Positions 35,954 through 49,595 are shown, counted from the first letter of the stretch. The stretch is 56,456 nucleotides of DNA from Tricharina praecox (GCF_024521635.1 NW_026250461.1:1-56456); one strand, 5' to 3'. Made by a program: numbers and translations. Notes: generated by a model from the letters alone, not told the origin.

Positions 35954-38130
35954 TGGGTAGGAGAAGAGAGTGCTGACCAGTGCATGCAAGCAAGGTCAGC
36001 AACGAATACTGTATTGTACATATTCCACTATGTAGGGCAGCCATGACCCGTCTATACCCGTACATACTCTACTTACAGATGTAGGAAGTGTGTAGGAAGT
36101 GTGTAGACTTCCAAAGATCAAGAAATCAAGAGTCAAGAATCAAGAATCAAGAATCAAGATCGGTATCCGGCAGGATGCTTTGGCCATTGAGCCCAGCCCA
36201 CAGCCAGCCCATAGTCAATCAAGCCCGCCCATCCATCCATCCATCCATCTCTCTCCCAGTCTCAGCCCTCAGTCCTACGCAAGGACCACCAGAGTCCAGA
36301 GTCCAGACAGCCCATCCATCCCCCCTATGCATCCACATCTCTCTTTCAGCCCTACGGAAAGACGTGATTTCAGCCTCCAGAATCAAGATTCCAGATTTTA
36401 GATTTCCAGATTTTAGATTTTTTAGACAGCCCACGGTCACACTGTCACTGTCACACGGGTACACGGGCACACCCGCCTCTACTAGTGTTTTGTCCTCCTT
36501 CCGGGGAGCTTCCGGGGCGATCATTGGCACATACTCTACATAGCTGTCTGCGGAACAGAATTGGGGGGCGGGCCTCCCGCCCCATCCCATCACGAACCCC
36601 GTATGTAATAGGGAACTAGCTACTCTACAAAGACCACCAGCATCCTGAGGAGGAGAAGGGGAAGAGCAGATCGTCTGTGTTCATCATACCATATGCTAAG
36701 TAATCTTCTCCGCGATGACCGCACGCACAGTTTCGCTTGTAAGGCTGAAAGTTGCACCTGCGCTCTGTTTGCGGGGGATGGGGGGGAGGGGGGATCTAGA
36801 ACCGGGAGCACGCGGAGGAGGCATATCGTTTTCAGCATGTAGGGAGTGGTGGTTGTGGTCATGATTGTGGTGGAGGTGGAGGTAAAGGTGGAGGAAGTGG
36901 TGGAGGTGGTGGAGGATAGAAGTGGGGGAAGGGGAGGATGACATTTCGTTCTCAGCCCATCCATCCATCCCACTGCCCAAATGCCCACGACCAAAGCGGT
37001 GCGGAACACAGTAGAGCAACTAGAGTTGAGAGAGAGAAGATGTCGATTTCAATTGTTCTCACCATTTCTGGCCGCGCTGCACGCACCACCCGCACCGCAC
37101 ACACATTCCCCCATGATGTTTCAGCTGCAAGACGCTTCGCCAAATTAGAGTCGAAGGTAGGTCCTCTATGATGTCTCTCGTTCACCAGAGGGCTGGGTGG
37201 TTTTTATGTATAGTAGTACGTAGAGGGCATGGCCTCGAGTGCGGTCCAACTAAAGTTTTTGGGGTAACTCTTACGCCGGAAGCTGTCTAGACTGGTTGCG
37301 AGTAGTTACCGACATCTGACGGGCAGGGAGGGCCACGCACGCAGAGACAAGACTTGTCGGGGAAGGGGGGGGGGGGGGGGGGGGGGGGGCGGAGAGGGGA
37401 GCGTGTGGAAGGATGGATGGGCTGAGGACAGAATAGCGAGAGAGCGACTGGCCAACGACAGGCGAGGGAGGCGCAACTTGTGGGACTTCCGCACTGACTG
37501 GCTGGCTGGCCGCTGGCGGGGCTGGTTGGGCTGGGCTGGCTGGCTGCAGGGTAGGCGCGGGGGGAGCTTGGAATTGTGCTCGATTGTGCTTGGAAAGTGT
37601 GCTTGGAACTGTGCTTGGAGGGGACGAGCCAATTTGGAATGGCAGCAGTCCCGGTTCGTGCGAAGTTGTCCATTTCGAGTTATATTCAGAGTGAATAACA
37701 CAATAAGCCCGATGCCGAGAGCCCCAATGCAGTGTGGTCGGCGTGCTGCCCAGCGTCCCGGGGTTGGCTGCACTAAAGTAACTCGAGCAACCTTACTGTC
37801 GCTCGTCTTCGTCGTCGCGCGCTTTAAAGGGAGCCGGTCTGGCCAGCCGTGCGAATCTGATCTTCAACTCAAAATCAAAATCAAATCAATATCAAAAATC
37901 AGAAATCAAAAATCACGCTGCCCAAACACGGCAACTGTGGTAACTACGGCAACTACGGTACTATACACTCGATACGCAGACTCTCGTCTGCTCTGCCAGT
38001 TCAGCACACATCTCCACCGCCAGCTCCCCCGTCATTGGCGTTCGCTCCGACCACTCGCCATACTCTGGCCCTACACCGCCACCCGTCCGCCCCCAACACT
38101 CGCCCGCCGACACCCACAACAAAACACGGG

Positions 38131-39226
38131 ATGGCCTCATACCAGCACCAGCAGCCGCCATTCTATGGCCAGCACGGCGGCGGCCCACAGTTCCCGCCCA
38201 CGCCGAACCCGCAGGACGACTTCGCGATGGTTGGCACCCCAGCGCAGCCCCTGCTCCCGCCCCGCTTCACCACCACACCCCTTGCTAACCCCTCTCCGTC
38301 GCTCTATGTAGCCGTACTATGACGCCTCCTTCGCCGCCTCCTTCGGCCACCCCTTCGACCTCACGGGCGCCACCGGCACGCACGCCTCCGGAGGCATCCC
38401 GGCCATGGCGCGCGGGCCCTCGCCCACCCACGAGGGCAGCGCGAGCAGCACCGGCAGCGGCCACAACTCGCGGGGCGGCCGCGGGTCGAGCGAGGAGAAA
38501 GAACTGACGCCCGGGCAGAAGCGACGGAAGGAGCAGAACCGCGCCGCGTACTTCCCCCCTGCCTCCCCCTCTCCCCACCCCCCCCCCCCCCCCCCCCCCG
38601 CCGCACTAGACAGCTAACACACCCCCAGACAACGCGCGTTCCGCGAGCGCAAAGAGCGCCACGTCAAAGAGCTCGAGCAGCGGCTGGCGTCGCTGGAGCA
38701 AGCGAACACGCGGGCCGCCGTGGAGAACGACAAGCTCAAGGCGGCGCTGGAGAAGACACGGCTCGAGAACCGTTTGCTGCACGAGAACACGATTCGCGGC
38801 AGCGGCAGCAGCGGGAGCTTGGGCGGCGGCAGTGGCGGGCGGCACTCCCCGCCGCCTGAAGTCGGCCCCATGGCGTTCAAACCGCTGGACCCAGAATCGC
38901 TGCGCTCCAACCCGCCAGCGAAGTTTACCTCGCCGATATTTGGGCAGCACCCGAACCGCGGGCCGATCCATCGCATCACCACCTCACCGAGCACGGGCGA
39001 GAAGCTGCTCGGCGCGGGCGCCGCCTGGGACCTTATCATGTGCCACCCGCTTTATGAACAAGGCCTCGTCGATATTGGTGATATCAGCGAGAGGCTAAAG
39101 ACCCTCGCTCGATGTGATGGGCAGGGCCCCGTCTTCGAGGAGAGTATCATCCTCGATGTTATACAGGCTAGTCGTGGCAGTGGGAGGGACGAGCTGCTCG
39201 TCGATAGTGGGGCACGCGATTATTAG
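38131..39226 (+). CDS. Yap-like bZIP transcription factor (Fcr3/RsmA type)
   Basis: KRRKEQNRAA|QRAFRERKERHVKELE basic-zipper and C-terminal AWDLI..HP...VDI...L...ARCDGQGPVF. Introns ~38230-38310 and ~38548-38628. Confidence 0.88.
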
Positions 39227-39251
39227 GCGGGCCGGCGGGCGGGATTGTGCG

Positions 39252-39301
39252 GACTTGGAACTTGGAACTTGGAACTTGGAACTTGGAACTTGGGACTTGG
39301 G
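39252..39301. repeat. (GGAACTT)n heptamer repeat in the bZIP 3' region
   Basis: Read directly from the sequence; about 7 copies. Confidence 0.9.
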
Positions 39302-39574
39302 ACCGGGTGTTGGATAGGTTGGGATGGGATGGAGATTGGCGCCACTTCGTTTTTTTTCTTCTTTTTTTCTTCTTTTTTTCTTCTTTTTTTGTTTCTGCTT
39401 TTCTTGACCTTTCTGTCGTGTTTTCTGATTCTTTCGTTATGGATACCTTGCTTCATATGCTTACTTTTTCATCTGATCTGATCTGATTCACTTTTCTCTC
39501 TCGAGTCTGAGGAAAACAGTCAACAGTCAAAACGTCAACACTTCAACAGTCGTCAAATCGACAAATCGTTCTGA

Positions 39575-39851
39575 CACTTCTGGCACTTCTGGCACTTCTG
39601 GCACTTCTGGCACTTCTGGCACTTCTGGCACTTCTGGCACTTCTGGCACTTCTGGCACTTCTGGCACTTCTAGCACTTCTGGCACTTCTGGCACTTCTGG
39701 CACTTCTGGCACTTCTGGCACTTCTGGCACTTCTGGCACTTCTGGCACTTCTGGCACTTCTGGCACTTCTGGCACTTCTAGCACTTCTGGCACTTCTGGC
39801 ACTTCTGGCACTTCTGGCACTTCTGGCACTTCTGGCACTTCTGGCACTTCT
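39575..39851. repeat. (CACTTCTGG)n 9-bp tandem array, about 31 copies
   Basis: Near-perfect array with two G>A variants, at 39672 and 39780. Confidence 0.97.
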
Positions 39852-41055
39852 ACTCTACATACGGTACTCCTCACTCACTGTGTATCTACCTCCACCAAGA
39901 GTAGCTGTGGATATATCCCCCTCCCCTGCAATGGGTGGTGAGCCGGGGTAACCACATATTCATCTTTTCTTCTTGCACTGCCTCACTCGTTTAACTTTAG
40001 AGTCTTAGAGTCGGTACATAACGACAACTCTAAGTATGGTTGGGGACGCCTATAACCGGAGTGAATTGCGACATTCATTTTGGCTGACAAATCACGAGTG
40101 ATTATAGTGTGTCTACGCCAAAAATGGGGGGTTAATAAGTGCGCCGCAGGTAATTTTTCGAATACAGAGCAAGTAATTTTCGTAATTATGAAGATTTTTG
40201 GGCCGTATGGCCCCATTTTTGACCTATTTGGATGTGTTCTGAAGAGGTCCAAGTCGAATAGCACTCATGCGCGAGCTCAGTTTGGATGAGCAAGGATCAA
40301 TCCGCGCCAAGGCTCGAATAAGGCTCACTATATGTCACTCCTATCACCGCTGTGGGAAATTAAAAGAGTGCCAGAGCCTTAGTGCATGCTATTATTTGCG
40401 ACGTTCCAAAATCCTGCCCATACAAATCAATTCTTTTCAACCCGCTTAAATTAATTCATCACGCTTTATATTTTTATTTCGCTTCTATGGCGACCTACTT
40501 TAATCCTTCCTCTATCATGCTATAGAGCTCTTTTAATTTTACTGGGTGTTGAGGTTGAGTTAAACCGGGGGTGGAGTTGGGCATTTTTTCACTCCTATTT
40601 TAGGTGTCCCCAACCATATAACCTCCCTACATAATCTACCGCATCTTCGAAATTGCTTCGTGCGAGTACATAGTGCATTGATGGGGGGGGAGGGAGGGGC
40701 GACGATGATGATGACGGGCGGCATCGTGCACGGGGAATCACTCGTCTGCGCTCTCGGTCTGCTCTGCGGTCTCGGTCTCGATAGGTGTAGTAAGGGTGAA
40801 TGTTCTGGTCTTTTATAGCAGAGGAGGTACATAGCAGTAGTAAACAGACATGCATATCGGTCTAGACAACTCCCACCATATAAACAACTCAAGGAAAATG
40901 GTAATCAGAAGATGAACCTGAAGCGAAAAACAAAACAAACAGAAGCATGTTCTATCAATACAATACGCGTCCGCCTCTCATCCACGGTACATACATGGTA
41001 TCTATCTCCAAGATCCAGATACAAGCACCACCATCCCCGGGCCCCCTGTACTATA

Positions 41056-43153
41056 TCATATTCTATCATACTCCCTCCAGCTCTTCAACGGCAGAGCGCT
41101 CAGCCTCGTCGCGGCGGGCTTGATATATCCCCAGAAGGTAACAACACCGATGAGTATACACAACACGTTCGTGACATAGTACCCGTCCTGCTGGATGACA
41201 CATTTGCCGCCCTGGTCTATGCAGCGGTGCTTATCGAGTTCGAGGGCGCAGCTGAACTCCGCAAACGGGCTGGGGAAGGTGGAGGTCGGCTTCTCTGGCG
41301 GGAAACACGTCGCCGTCGTGAAGTAGTCGACTAGCTTCAGCACGAAGATCCGCGGGAAGGTCCCGCCGAGGTTGGAGACGCTGTGGTGGGTGGGGGGTTA
41401 GTAAGCGATGATGGGGAGGGCGGGGGGAAGGGGGACGTACGTGGCTAGGAGCGTCATGTACGTTCCGCCGATCTCGGGGTCGGCAATCTTTGCGTGGAAC
41501 GCAGAGATGGCGACGAACATGACGGTGCCGGCGAAGGTGGAGAAAATGTGCTCTGCGATGACGACGAGGAGGTACCAGCTCTCGACCACGCCGTCTTTGG
41601 GGAAGATGTACACCGTGATCTGGGCGAGTACGGCGGCGATGAGGCGGCCGACGAAGCCCCACATCCACAGCTTCATCGGCGGGAAGTACGCACACCATTT
41701 ACCAGCGTAGTAGCCGAGGGCGATCTCGAACGGGAAGTCGATCAGCACCGTCAGTGCCATGTCTTCCTGCGTGAAACCCTTGTCGAGCAGCTTGAGGTTG
41801 GTCACGGCGTCGTTCGCCTGGAAGCCGATCTTGGAGATCAGATGGATGATCACGAACGTCTGGATGTCTGTTGTCATGTGTCAGCATTGTGCCATGTATT
41901 TTCATAATAGCCTGGGAGGGTCGGGTACGCTTGAGCTTGAGGACGCTCCACATGGTCTTGTAGACGCTAGCGATGCCATCACGGTTGCTGGTTTTCTCTT
42001 CCTTCTTGAGGACCGCGAGACCAATCGTAACAAGCAGGTAGGCCCATCCCCAGAACTGGAGGTAGCCTCCAAGCGTGAAGAGGCCGTTCTTGAGGGGTGT
42101 CGAGCGGAAGTAGTGGTTCGAAAAGTCGGCCGAATTGAAGGCGAGGAACACGGTGTTCGACAAGAATTGGCCGGCGGTAAGTCCGACGGTCTGAGCGGTC
42201 GACGCATACGAGAGGTTCTCGGGGGATATCAGAGTTAACGCCCAGCCTGTCAAAGCACGTTAGTCATACGATCTCGAGCCAGATGGCGCCATGAAACCCG
42301 GGGTGCATATATGGGCTGCAGGCGATAGATGGCGCGGGTAATAGCCTCACGCTCGGAGGGAGAGGAAGGAAACATGCATACCGTCCACCGCAACGTCCTG
42401 CGTCGCGCAGAGCATCACCAAGCAAAAGAACACCCATGTGAAGAAGTAGAGCCTCGTGTTCGCCTCTTCCATCATCTTCTCCGCCTGCCCGCCCAACCAG
42501 AGCAACATGATGGCGCTGACCGCCTGCACCGGAACGATCCAACTCTTGCGCCGGCCCATCCGCGGGCTCCAGATTGCGTCGACGATCGGCGACCATAACA
42601 ACTTCATCGAGTACGGATACGACGCCAGTGTGAACACGCCAATCTCGCCGTACGAGAGCTTCGACTTGAGTAGGAACGGCACTGAGCCCATCGCCAGCCC
42701 CATCGGCACGCCCTGCAGGAAGTAGAGCAGCACCAGCAGGAAGAAGTTGCGCCTATCCTTTGGCGACAGGTCCATCAGCGACGCGGCCGCGGGCTTCGAC
42801 ACATCGTGATCGTGATCGAGCGAGAAGGATTCCCGAGCGATGAGGTGTTCCGTCTGCGCGGCCGAGGATTCCCCACCTTCCACCCCTACCTTCCCGCGCC
42901 GGAACTCGACCGACGACGAGGAATTCATGCCCTTGCGCTTGCCGGATGATGAGCCACCCCCTCGTCTGCTACGATTCATTCTCTCTCCCGATCGGACCGA
43001 AGCGGTGGTGGTGCTGCTGCTGGAGTCGGTGTCGTCAGTGTCTTCTACGTCTGGGTCGTACAGGGGCTGAAGTTCAAAGTCCTGAGTGCTGGTCCTGTTC
43101 GTCCGGAAGTAATTGTGGTCGGTGCTGGTAACGTGGAGAGGAGAGAAAGACAT
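41056..43153 (-). CDS. ER acetyl-CoA transporter (AT-1/SLC33A1, YBR220C-like MFS)
   Basis: LLVLLYFLQGVPMGL..GSVPFLL, SYPYSMKLLWSPIVD, GRRKSWIVP, ATQDVAVD|GWALTL, DP.IGGTYMTLLAT and DGYY. Three introns; an alternative start ATG at 42979. Confidence 0.92.
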
Positions 43154-44118
43154 GCACAGCACTGAGTCTAGAGTAGATGTGGATCTCCTTTGCTTCTAAG
43201 CTGCTCCCAAGCAACTAGGTAGGTGGAGATATCTAGGCCCTTCGAGAGGTAGTTGGGCGAGCGCGTCAAGACAGGGATTCGTTTAATGCTCCACCGTGTT
43301 CAGATGATGTGGTAGCAGGGACTAGTTTGGAGTAAGTAGTCAGAGTTTAGCAGAGGATTTCGACGAGGGTCCGGATCGGAAACGACGGGTGAGACAGATA
43401 AGATAAGATTTGATCGGAGATTTGAATGAGAACGACGCCGGGACCACGGTACTAGGTATACGCACGATTGGCGATTGGGCAAGGACGATCTTGGTCGGGT
43501 CCCAGAAGCATGTCTATACTCTGCAGAGGCGTGGCAATCGCAGCTATGTTTACGCCTTACTCCCTTCCGGTGGTTCACATGCATACAGTGGCTATCATCG
43601 GCCCTGCCACTCCATTGACTCTGCTAGGCGGTACATACAGCTGTTACAGACCGTCTTGGGTTCCCAGCTATCCGTCTGGTGGGTCGCTCCTTATACTCGC
43701 GATCATTGCAGCGCAAACTCGGTACAGTGTGCGGTCTCGTGCGATAGGTTGTGGGCACCTCCCTTTTCCGGAAGCGGAAGCAAAGGAAGCTCACGGTGGA
43801 GGCGGGCGTGCGTCTGATACGAACCATGTACAGCTCAGCAGCACTATTGGTGAGTGATCTTTGATGAATGATATCAATGGGAACGTGTATCTATGCTCTA
43901 GGTAGTACCAGCTTATACTTTCCAACCATGTTGGTGGATCTCAAGATGGTCAACGAACGGGCTTCCATCCTCTTGCGCACCCGCCTCACGGAATATCACT
44001 TCGATTTGACCGCCGGAGCACGCCAAGGACCCTGCCAATCCCGCGTCTCCAGGATGTGCACATCCACGACCGCACATCCACCCGCAATGTCTCCATCGGC
44101 AGCATCATCACCGCAGAA

Positions 44119-45679
44119 ATGGCCGTCACCGACACCGCCACATCCGACGCGCTCCCCTTCCACGAGCCGCCCATAACGCAAATCCTCGTGCACGTCTCCT
44201 TCCTCCTGCTCCTCAACATCGTCAACCACCTTCTCGATGCGCTTACCTATTGCGGGCTGGTCGGGCAAGTGCTCCTCGGCGTATTCTGGGGCACACCACT
44301 CGGCGGCCTCCTCCCACGCACAACCGAGAGCACCGTCGTAACACTCGGCTACCTGGGGCTGATCCTGATCGTGTACGAGGGCGGGCTGAACACCGCTCTG
44401 CGGCCGTTGATGCAGAATCTCGTGCTCTCGAGCATCGTCGCGGCCACTGGCATCGCGCTTCCGATCGCACTGTCGTTTCTACTGGGACCCCTGGCGGGCG
44501 CGACGAGCTTGCAGTGCTTTGCGGCCGGCGCTGCCCTCTCCGCAACGAGTCTGGGTACCACGTTTACCATCCTGGCCAGCGCGGGCATGGCGGATACGCG
44601 TTTGGGCACTGTGCTCACCAGCGCGGCTATGATGGATGATGTTATCGGGCTGGTGATGATTCAGGTTGTGGCGTCGCTTGGTGGGAGTGGGGGTAATGTC
44701 AGCGGGGAGGCGGTGGCAAGGCCGGTGGGTGCTAGTGTTGGGCTGTTGATTGCGGTTGTGATTGGGGGGTGGGGCCTGAAACGGACGCTGGGGACAGTCG
44801 AAGTGAAGGGGTGGGGGGAAACGCTGAAGGCGAAGGTGGTAATGCAGACGGCGATGCTACTCGCCGTGGTGACGGCGGCGAGTTACGCTGGTGCTTCGGT
44901 GCTTTTTGCGGCCTTTTTGGCGGGTGCTGCGGTGGGCTGGTGGGATGATGTCCGCACGAGAGGGAAAACGGGTGATAGAGTCTCTGGGGTACATGTCTTC
45001 GAGACCTATTACTCCCCCATCAACAGGCGGCTTTTGGCACCGTTCTTCTTCGTAAGTACCACCCACGCAGCAGTTTCTGAGGATGCCTTCTGATCAGCGA
45101 CAGGCATCAATTGGCTTTTCGATCCCAATCCGCCAGATGTTCGCCGCCACAACCGTCTGGAAGGGGCTGGTCTACTCCCTCCTGATGGTGCTCGGAAAAC
45201 TAGCTACAGGCGTCTGGCTCCTCCCCGTATCGCCGGTGCTGACAACGGTATCGCAACGGCTCCGCGAATTGCGGAAGCTGGGCGTCACACCCGCACCTCC
45301 AATTCCCCATACTCCCCAAAGCACTCCCACTACTACTACCACCGAACCCAAATCGTCGGAGGCCGCTTCCCCCGCAATCGCCGCCGCAGAAGACGCTAAA
45401 CCCCCGAAATCCCTCTACCCAGCCTCGATTCTTGGGCTAGCCATGGTGGCGCGCGGAGAAGTTGCATTCCTTATCGCATCCGTGGCCCAGTCCTCGGGGA
45501 TATTTGATTCCTCCGAGGGATTGTATCTCATTGTCGTCTGGGCCGCCATGGTGTGCACCATTGCCGGCCCGCTGGGCGTGGGCAGTCTTGTGCGCCGGGT
45601 GAAGGCGCTGGAGAAGACGCGCGCTGATACACGAGGCAATGGAGGTGTCAGTGTGTTGGGTGTTTGGGGGGTTAGTTGA
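44119..45679 (+). CDS. Sodium/hydrogen exchanger family (CPA2-type) antiporter
   Basis: Multiple transmembrane helices; LGYLGLILIVYEGG, ATSLGTT, SAAMMDDVIGL, PFFF|ASIGFSIP and MVARGEVAFLI. Intron 45052-45103. Confidence 0.9.
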
Positions 45680-46360
45680 TGCATGTACACAAGAGAGAGA
45701 GAACATCAATTTATTGTCGCATGCGGCCTTACGAGACTATGGCGACCAACCGATGTATGTAAACGGAGATCATATGCGAGGAATATATAGAGTCCGAGTG
45801 TTTATCCGTGATCCCGGGTCGAGAGCCAAACGCCCAATTTCGATCCCGACCATCCGGTAAAATATCCCGACGTTAAGCCATAGTTAACCTCACCCTCGTT
45901 TTACATACCTACCACGGCCCCCCTCCCTCTCGTAGATCGTTCGCCGGAACCCATTCCGTCCGTCTCACAGTCCTACATATGTACTTACTTTCTTACTTGC
46001 ACGCACGCATAGAAGGTCGTATTCGCTTCTTCAGCCGGGATGTTTTGCCTATGTAATCTACCGGAAAATACGAAGATATGCTTGAACGGCTCGTTAAACT
46101 GAAACGCGGCACCGTGACCCCGTGGTCCGACAGAACCGTTGCGCCGTCCATGCGCCTCTCACACAGCGCCGGAGTCCGGCGGATCAGCAGGATCTGTGCC
46201 ACGGAAGGGCGGGCGGGCGGCACCTGAGGGGGATCAAAGGGATGAAAGGGAGGGAAGAATGATGGAAGGGATGGAAGGAGGGAGGGAAATATATAGCCTA
46301 CACATGCCCACCTCCTCGAAAGCAAGCAAGCAAGACGGAAATAAAATAAAATAAGAAACT

Positions 46361-46807
46361 ATGTTGGCTGACAGCGAAATCGCGCTCCTCCTCGTGATCG
46401 GAAACTTCTTGTCGGCGTGCTGGAGCTACTTCTGCATCGTGTCCTCACTGAACCAGTACCGGTTCATGCGGCGTGAAGAGGTGGTCTGGGTATGTATCTC
46501 CTCTCCCCCCTCTCCCCCCAAAACCCTCCCCTCTGTGTTGTCTTGTTTGCTCACGATGGATACATAGTATGCGCTGTGGTACAGCTGCACCACCTACGCC
46601 TTCCTCGTGTCGGTCACGAATCTGGGCGTGGCGGCGTACGTAGCGGTGCGCCTCGGGTGGCGGGGAAAGGTCTTTGGGCGGGGGAGGGTGGCGCTACGGA
46701 TTCTCGGGGCGGCGGTGGCAGCGGTACTGGGGGCTATGCTGTGTTTCGTGCCGTTACGGATGACCATGATGCAGGCTGAGCGGGCGGGGGTGGGGCATTT
46801 GGGATGA
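46361..46807 (+). CDS. Small hypothetical membrane protein (~120 aa, 2 exons, about 3 hydrophobic segments)
   Basis: An intron GTATGT...CATAG (~46490-46567) joins ORF 46361 and ORF 46607 in frame (EEVVW|YALWYSC). Confidence 0.6.
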
Positions 46808-46907
46808 GATGAGATGGGATGGGATGGGATTTGTTTTTGCTCGGGCGTTTGGGTGTACTTAACCAAGGAGTATTTATATTATACGGTTCAATTCATTGAC
46901 TGGCGGT

Positions 46908-49331
46908 TTACAAAGGACGTATCCGCGCACTAACCGCCTCCTTCACGCCGAGCGTCAACACGGCGGCCTTCTGCGCCTCACCCACCGCCTCCTCCAGCGG
47001 CAGACCACGGACCATAGCGGCCACCAGAACGCCGAGGAACGTATCCCCCGCGCCATTAACGCTTTGCACGCCGTCCACTCCCAGCTTCTCAGCGGCAAAA
47101 TACCTCACCTCGACACCACCCACCTCCTCTCCCTCCCGTGCCTCCACAACAACACTCTCCCTAGACCTCCGCGGCTTCTCGCCCACCTCCAGCAGGCGCA
47201 CAACAATGACGCCCTGCTCGCCCAGCTTAACGAACAGCCGTGGGATGTACGGCAGCAGCGACACCGCCTTCTGGACGATTCCGCTCTCGGAGAGGTCGAC
47301 GCCGGTGCGCGCCGCCAGTTGGTCCACGCGGTCGCGGAACCCGCTGTCGATCGTGAGTGCATCGATCGTGGGCCACCACGGCAGCGACGTAGCGTAGAGA
47401 ATAGCTCCGCCGCTGTCGCCGCAGAGTACATGCTGTCTAGCTCGTGGATGTTGGGCGCCGCAAGGTACAGCGCACATGAAGGGTGCGAGGGAAGCGTGGC
47501 GTGGAAGATGTGTGCTGATTTTGCGGTGGAGGTGGGTTCGAAGATGGCTGGTGGGCACTCACTCGTTAGCTGTATGCACACGGTATCACTCGGGTTAGGA
47601 GGGACCTTTGATCCCGGATTTGAGACAGTATTCGAGCACTCCCTTTGTCGTCTGCTGTGATAGATTCCCGTCGAGAACCACCCACTCCGCATTCGCAGCT
47701 TTAATCACCTCGGTGACATCTGCTGTCCCCAGGTGCTCGATGACCCTCATGTCCGCACTAGCAACGAACAGCCCGCCGTTGGCATCGTTGACGGCAACAT
47801 ACCTCGCTGTAGCGCGGGCCGGGTCGGTGAAGATTCCCTCGGTATCCATCCCGCGCTCCTGTACGCGCTCGCGCACCCATGAGCCGGCAAGGTCTGCGCC
47901 GACGGAGGATACTAAGCGGGTCCGCACGCCGGAGAGGTGCAGGGCGTAGGCAACGTTATTGCCGACGCCGCCGAGGGACTCGGTGATGGTAGACGGGTTG
48001 GAGGTGTGCAGACTTGGAGTCGGCGAGGAAGTGTCGCAGTTTACGTCTACGGCTACACCGCCGACTACGACCACCTCTGGGGGCGGCGATGGAACTACGG
48101 GGTTTGCCTCCTCCTTCGGGCGTATCTGCGAGGGTGGGATGTGCGGCATATGTGTCTGCCTACGCTCGCTAAATACAAAACAATCAGGACCCATCGGTTA
48201 CAGTGGACGAAACTAAAAGCCAGCAGAATTCCCAGACCCAGTGCCCTCAAGCCTTGCCAGTTCTACGGCGACCTTTGCTCCCATCGCAGCGTTGTTCAGT
48301 ATCAGCCCACGATTGGCCTCGATGCTGCGACCACCGGTGCGCTTGAGTATGTCGTTGAGGATGAACGGCGTGACGTCTTTCCCGCTGGACTTCCCTTCCG
48401 CCACTTTCACCGACTCGGCAATGATGGACTGTATCTCCTCGTTCGGGATCTCGTATGCCGCCGGAATGGGATTGGTGAAGAGGTGGCCCGAGGTGAGGCC
48501 AAGGGAATGGCTTGCGTCTGGGGGGCACAGCACTCATGAGCACCCCTCACCATGGACAGTCACTCATTCATCGAACTCACAGATAATCCTGGCGGCCTCG
48601 TTCGCATCTTCCACCACGCTCGGCGCCTTGATACCACACCCTCTACTCCAAAACGCCGGAAACTCGACCACCTCCCCGGCATCCCTCCCATCCCTGAACG
48701 TGCCGACATAGACCCCCTCGGTCTCCAGATACTCCAGTGTCCGTGGCAGATCCAGGAACGCTTTGGAGCCCGCACATACAACAGCGACAGGCGTGCGTCC
48801 CAACTCCGTCAGATCCGCAGAAACATCCATGGTATTCTGAACACCCCTGTGGACGCCGCCCAGGCCACCAGTCGCGAATACCTTAATCCCGGCGAGGTGC
48901 GCAAGGACACTCGTGCCCGCGATCGTCGTGCCACCGATCTTCGTCGCGCCCGCGCCAGCAAGGAGATATCCCAGGTCTCGTCTACTCACCTTAGCGGTAC
49001 CGCTCTTCCCCGCTGCGTCAGCGAGCTGCTCGAGCTCCTTCGCCTCGAGCCCGATCCGCGCCTTGCCGTTGAGGATGCAGATGGTGGCGGGGACTGCGCC
49101 GTTCGCGCGGATGACGGCCTCGATCTCGCGCGCGAGCGAGAGGTTCGCCGGGTGCGGGAAGCCGTGCGTGTAGATTGCGGATTCGAGCGCGACGACGGGA
49201 TGTCCGGCCGACAGCGCCGATTGCACTTCCGGCGTGATCGACAGGTATTGCGATAATCGCGAGGAGGCGCGGAGGGTAGAGTAGTAACGCGGAGGGGCGC
49301 GGAGGCCGCGGCGGAAGAGGAGGGAGCGCAT
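46908..49331 (-). CDS. Bifunctional pseudouridine-5'-phosphate glycosidase / PfkB pseudouridine kinase (IdgA/PsuG-PsuK fusion), with a mitochondrial-type presequence and one frameshift
   Basis: PsuG motifs VVALESAIYTHG, ATGGLGGVHRG, DVSADLTELGRT and GKDVTPFIL; PfkB motifs GGVGNNVA, FEPTS and SVNGAGDTFLG. The frame changes at ~47385-47400. Confidence 0.9.
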
Positions 49332-49595
49332 TGGGGTGGTTGGTGGTGGGTGGGGTGGTGTGGAGTGGATCAAGAGTCGTGGGACCCTGGAGGGCCCGTT
49401 TGTCGGCAGTCTCCGATGTCACGAGTGCGGAGACTAACGAGCTTCGACACCAGCTTCTAGAAGCTCAGATGATAGGCTTTGAAGATTACACCGGGACTTT
49501 TCCATAAAGCTACAGAGCAAAAAACCCAAACACGAAAAGGCAAAAGAAAAAGGAAAACCCGACCCTGCGAACCCCTAAAAACTAACAGCGGCCCT

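Noticed and set aside
37403..38311. 302-aa ORF upstream of the bZIP
   Set aside because: Non-ATG start, built from promoter simple repeats, and in a different frame from bZIP exon 1.
39527..39874. (VPE)n ORF, or a telomere-like array
   Set aside because: The ORF is a by-product of a 9-bp repeat with a non-ATG start; the unit is not TTAGGG-like and the array is interstitial.
23792..49331. Nucleoside-catabolism gene cluster (UaY-like factor plus PsuG-PsuK)
   Set aside because: The genes are 20 kb apart with unrelated genes between; there is no evidence of clustering.
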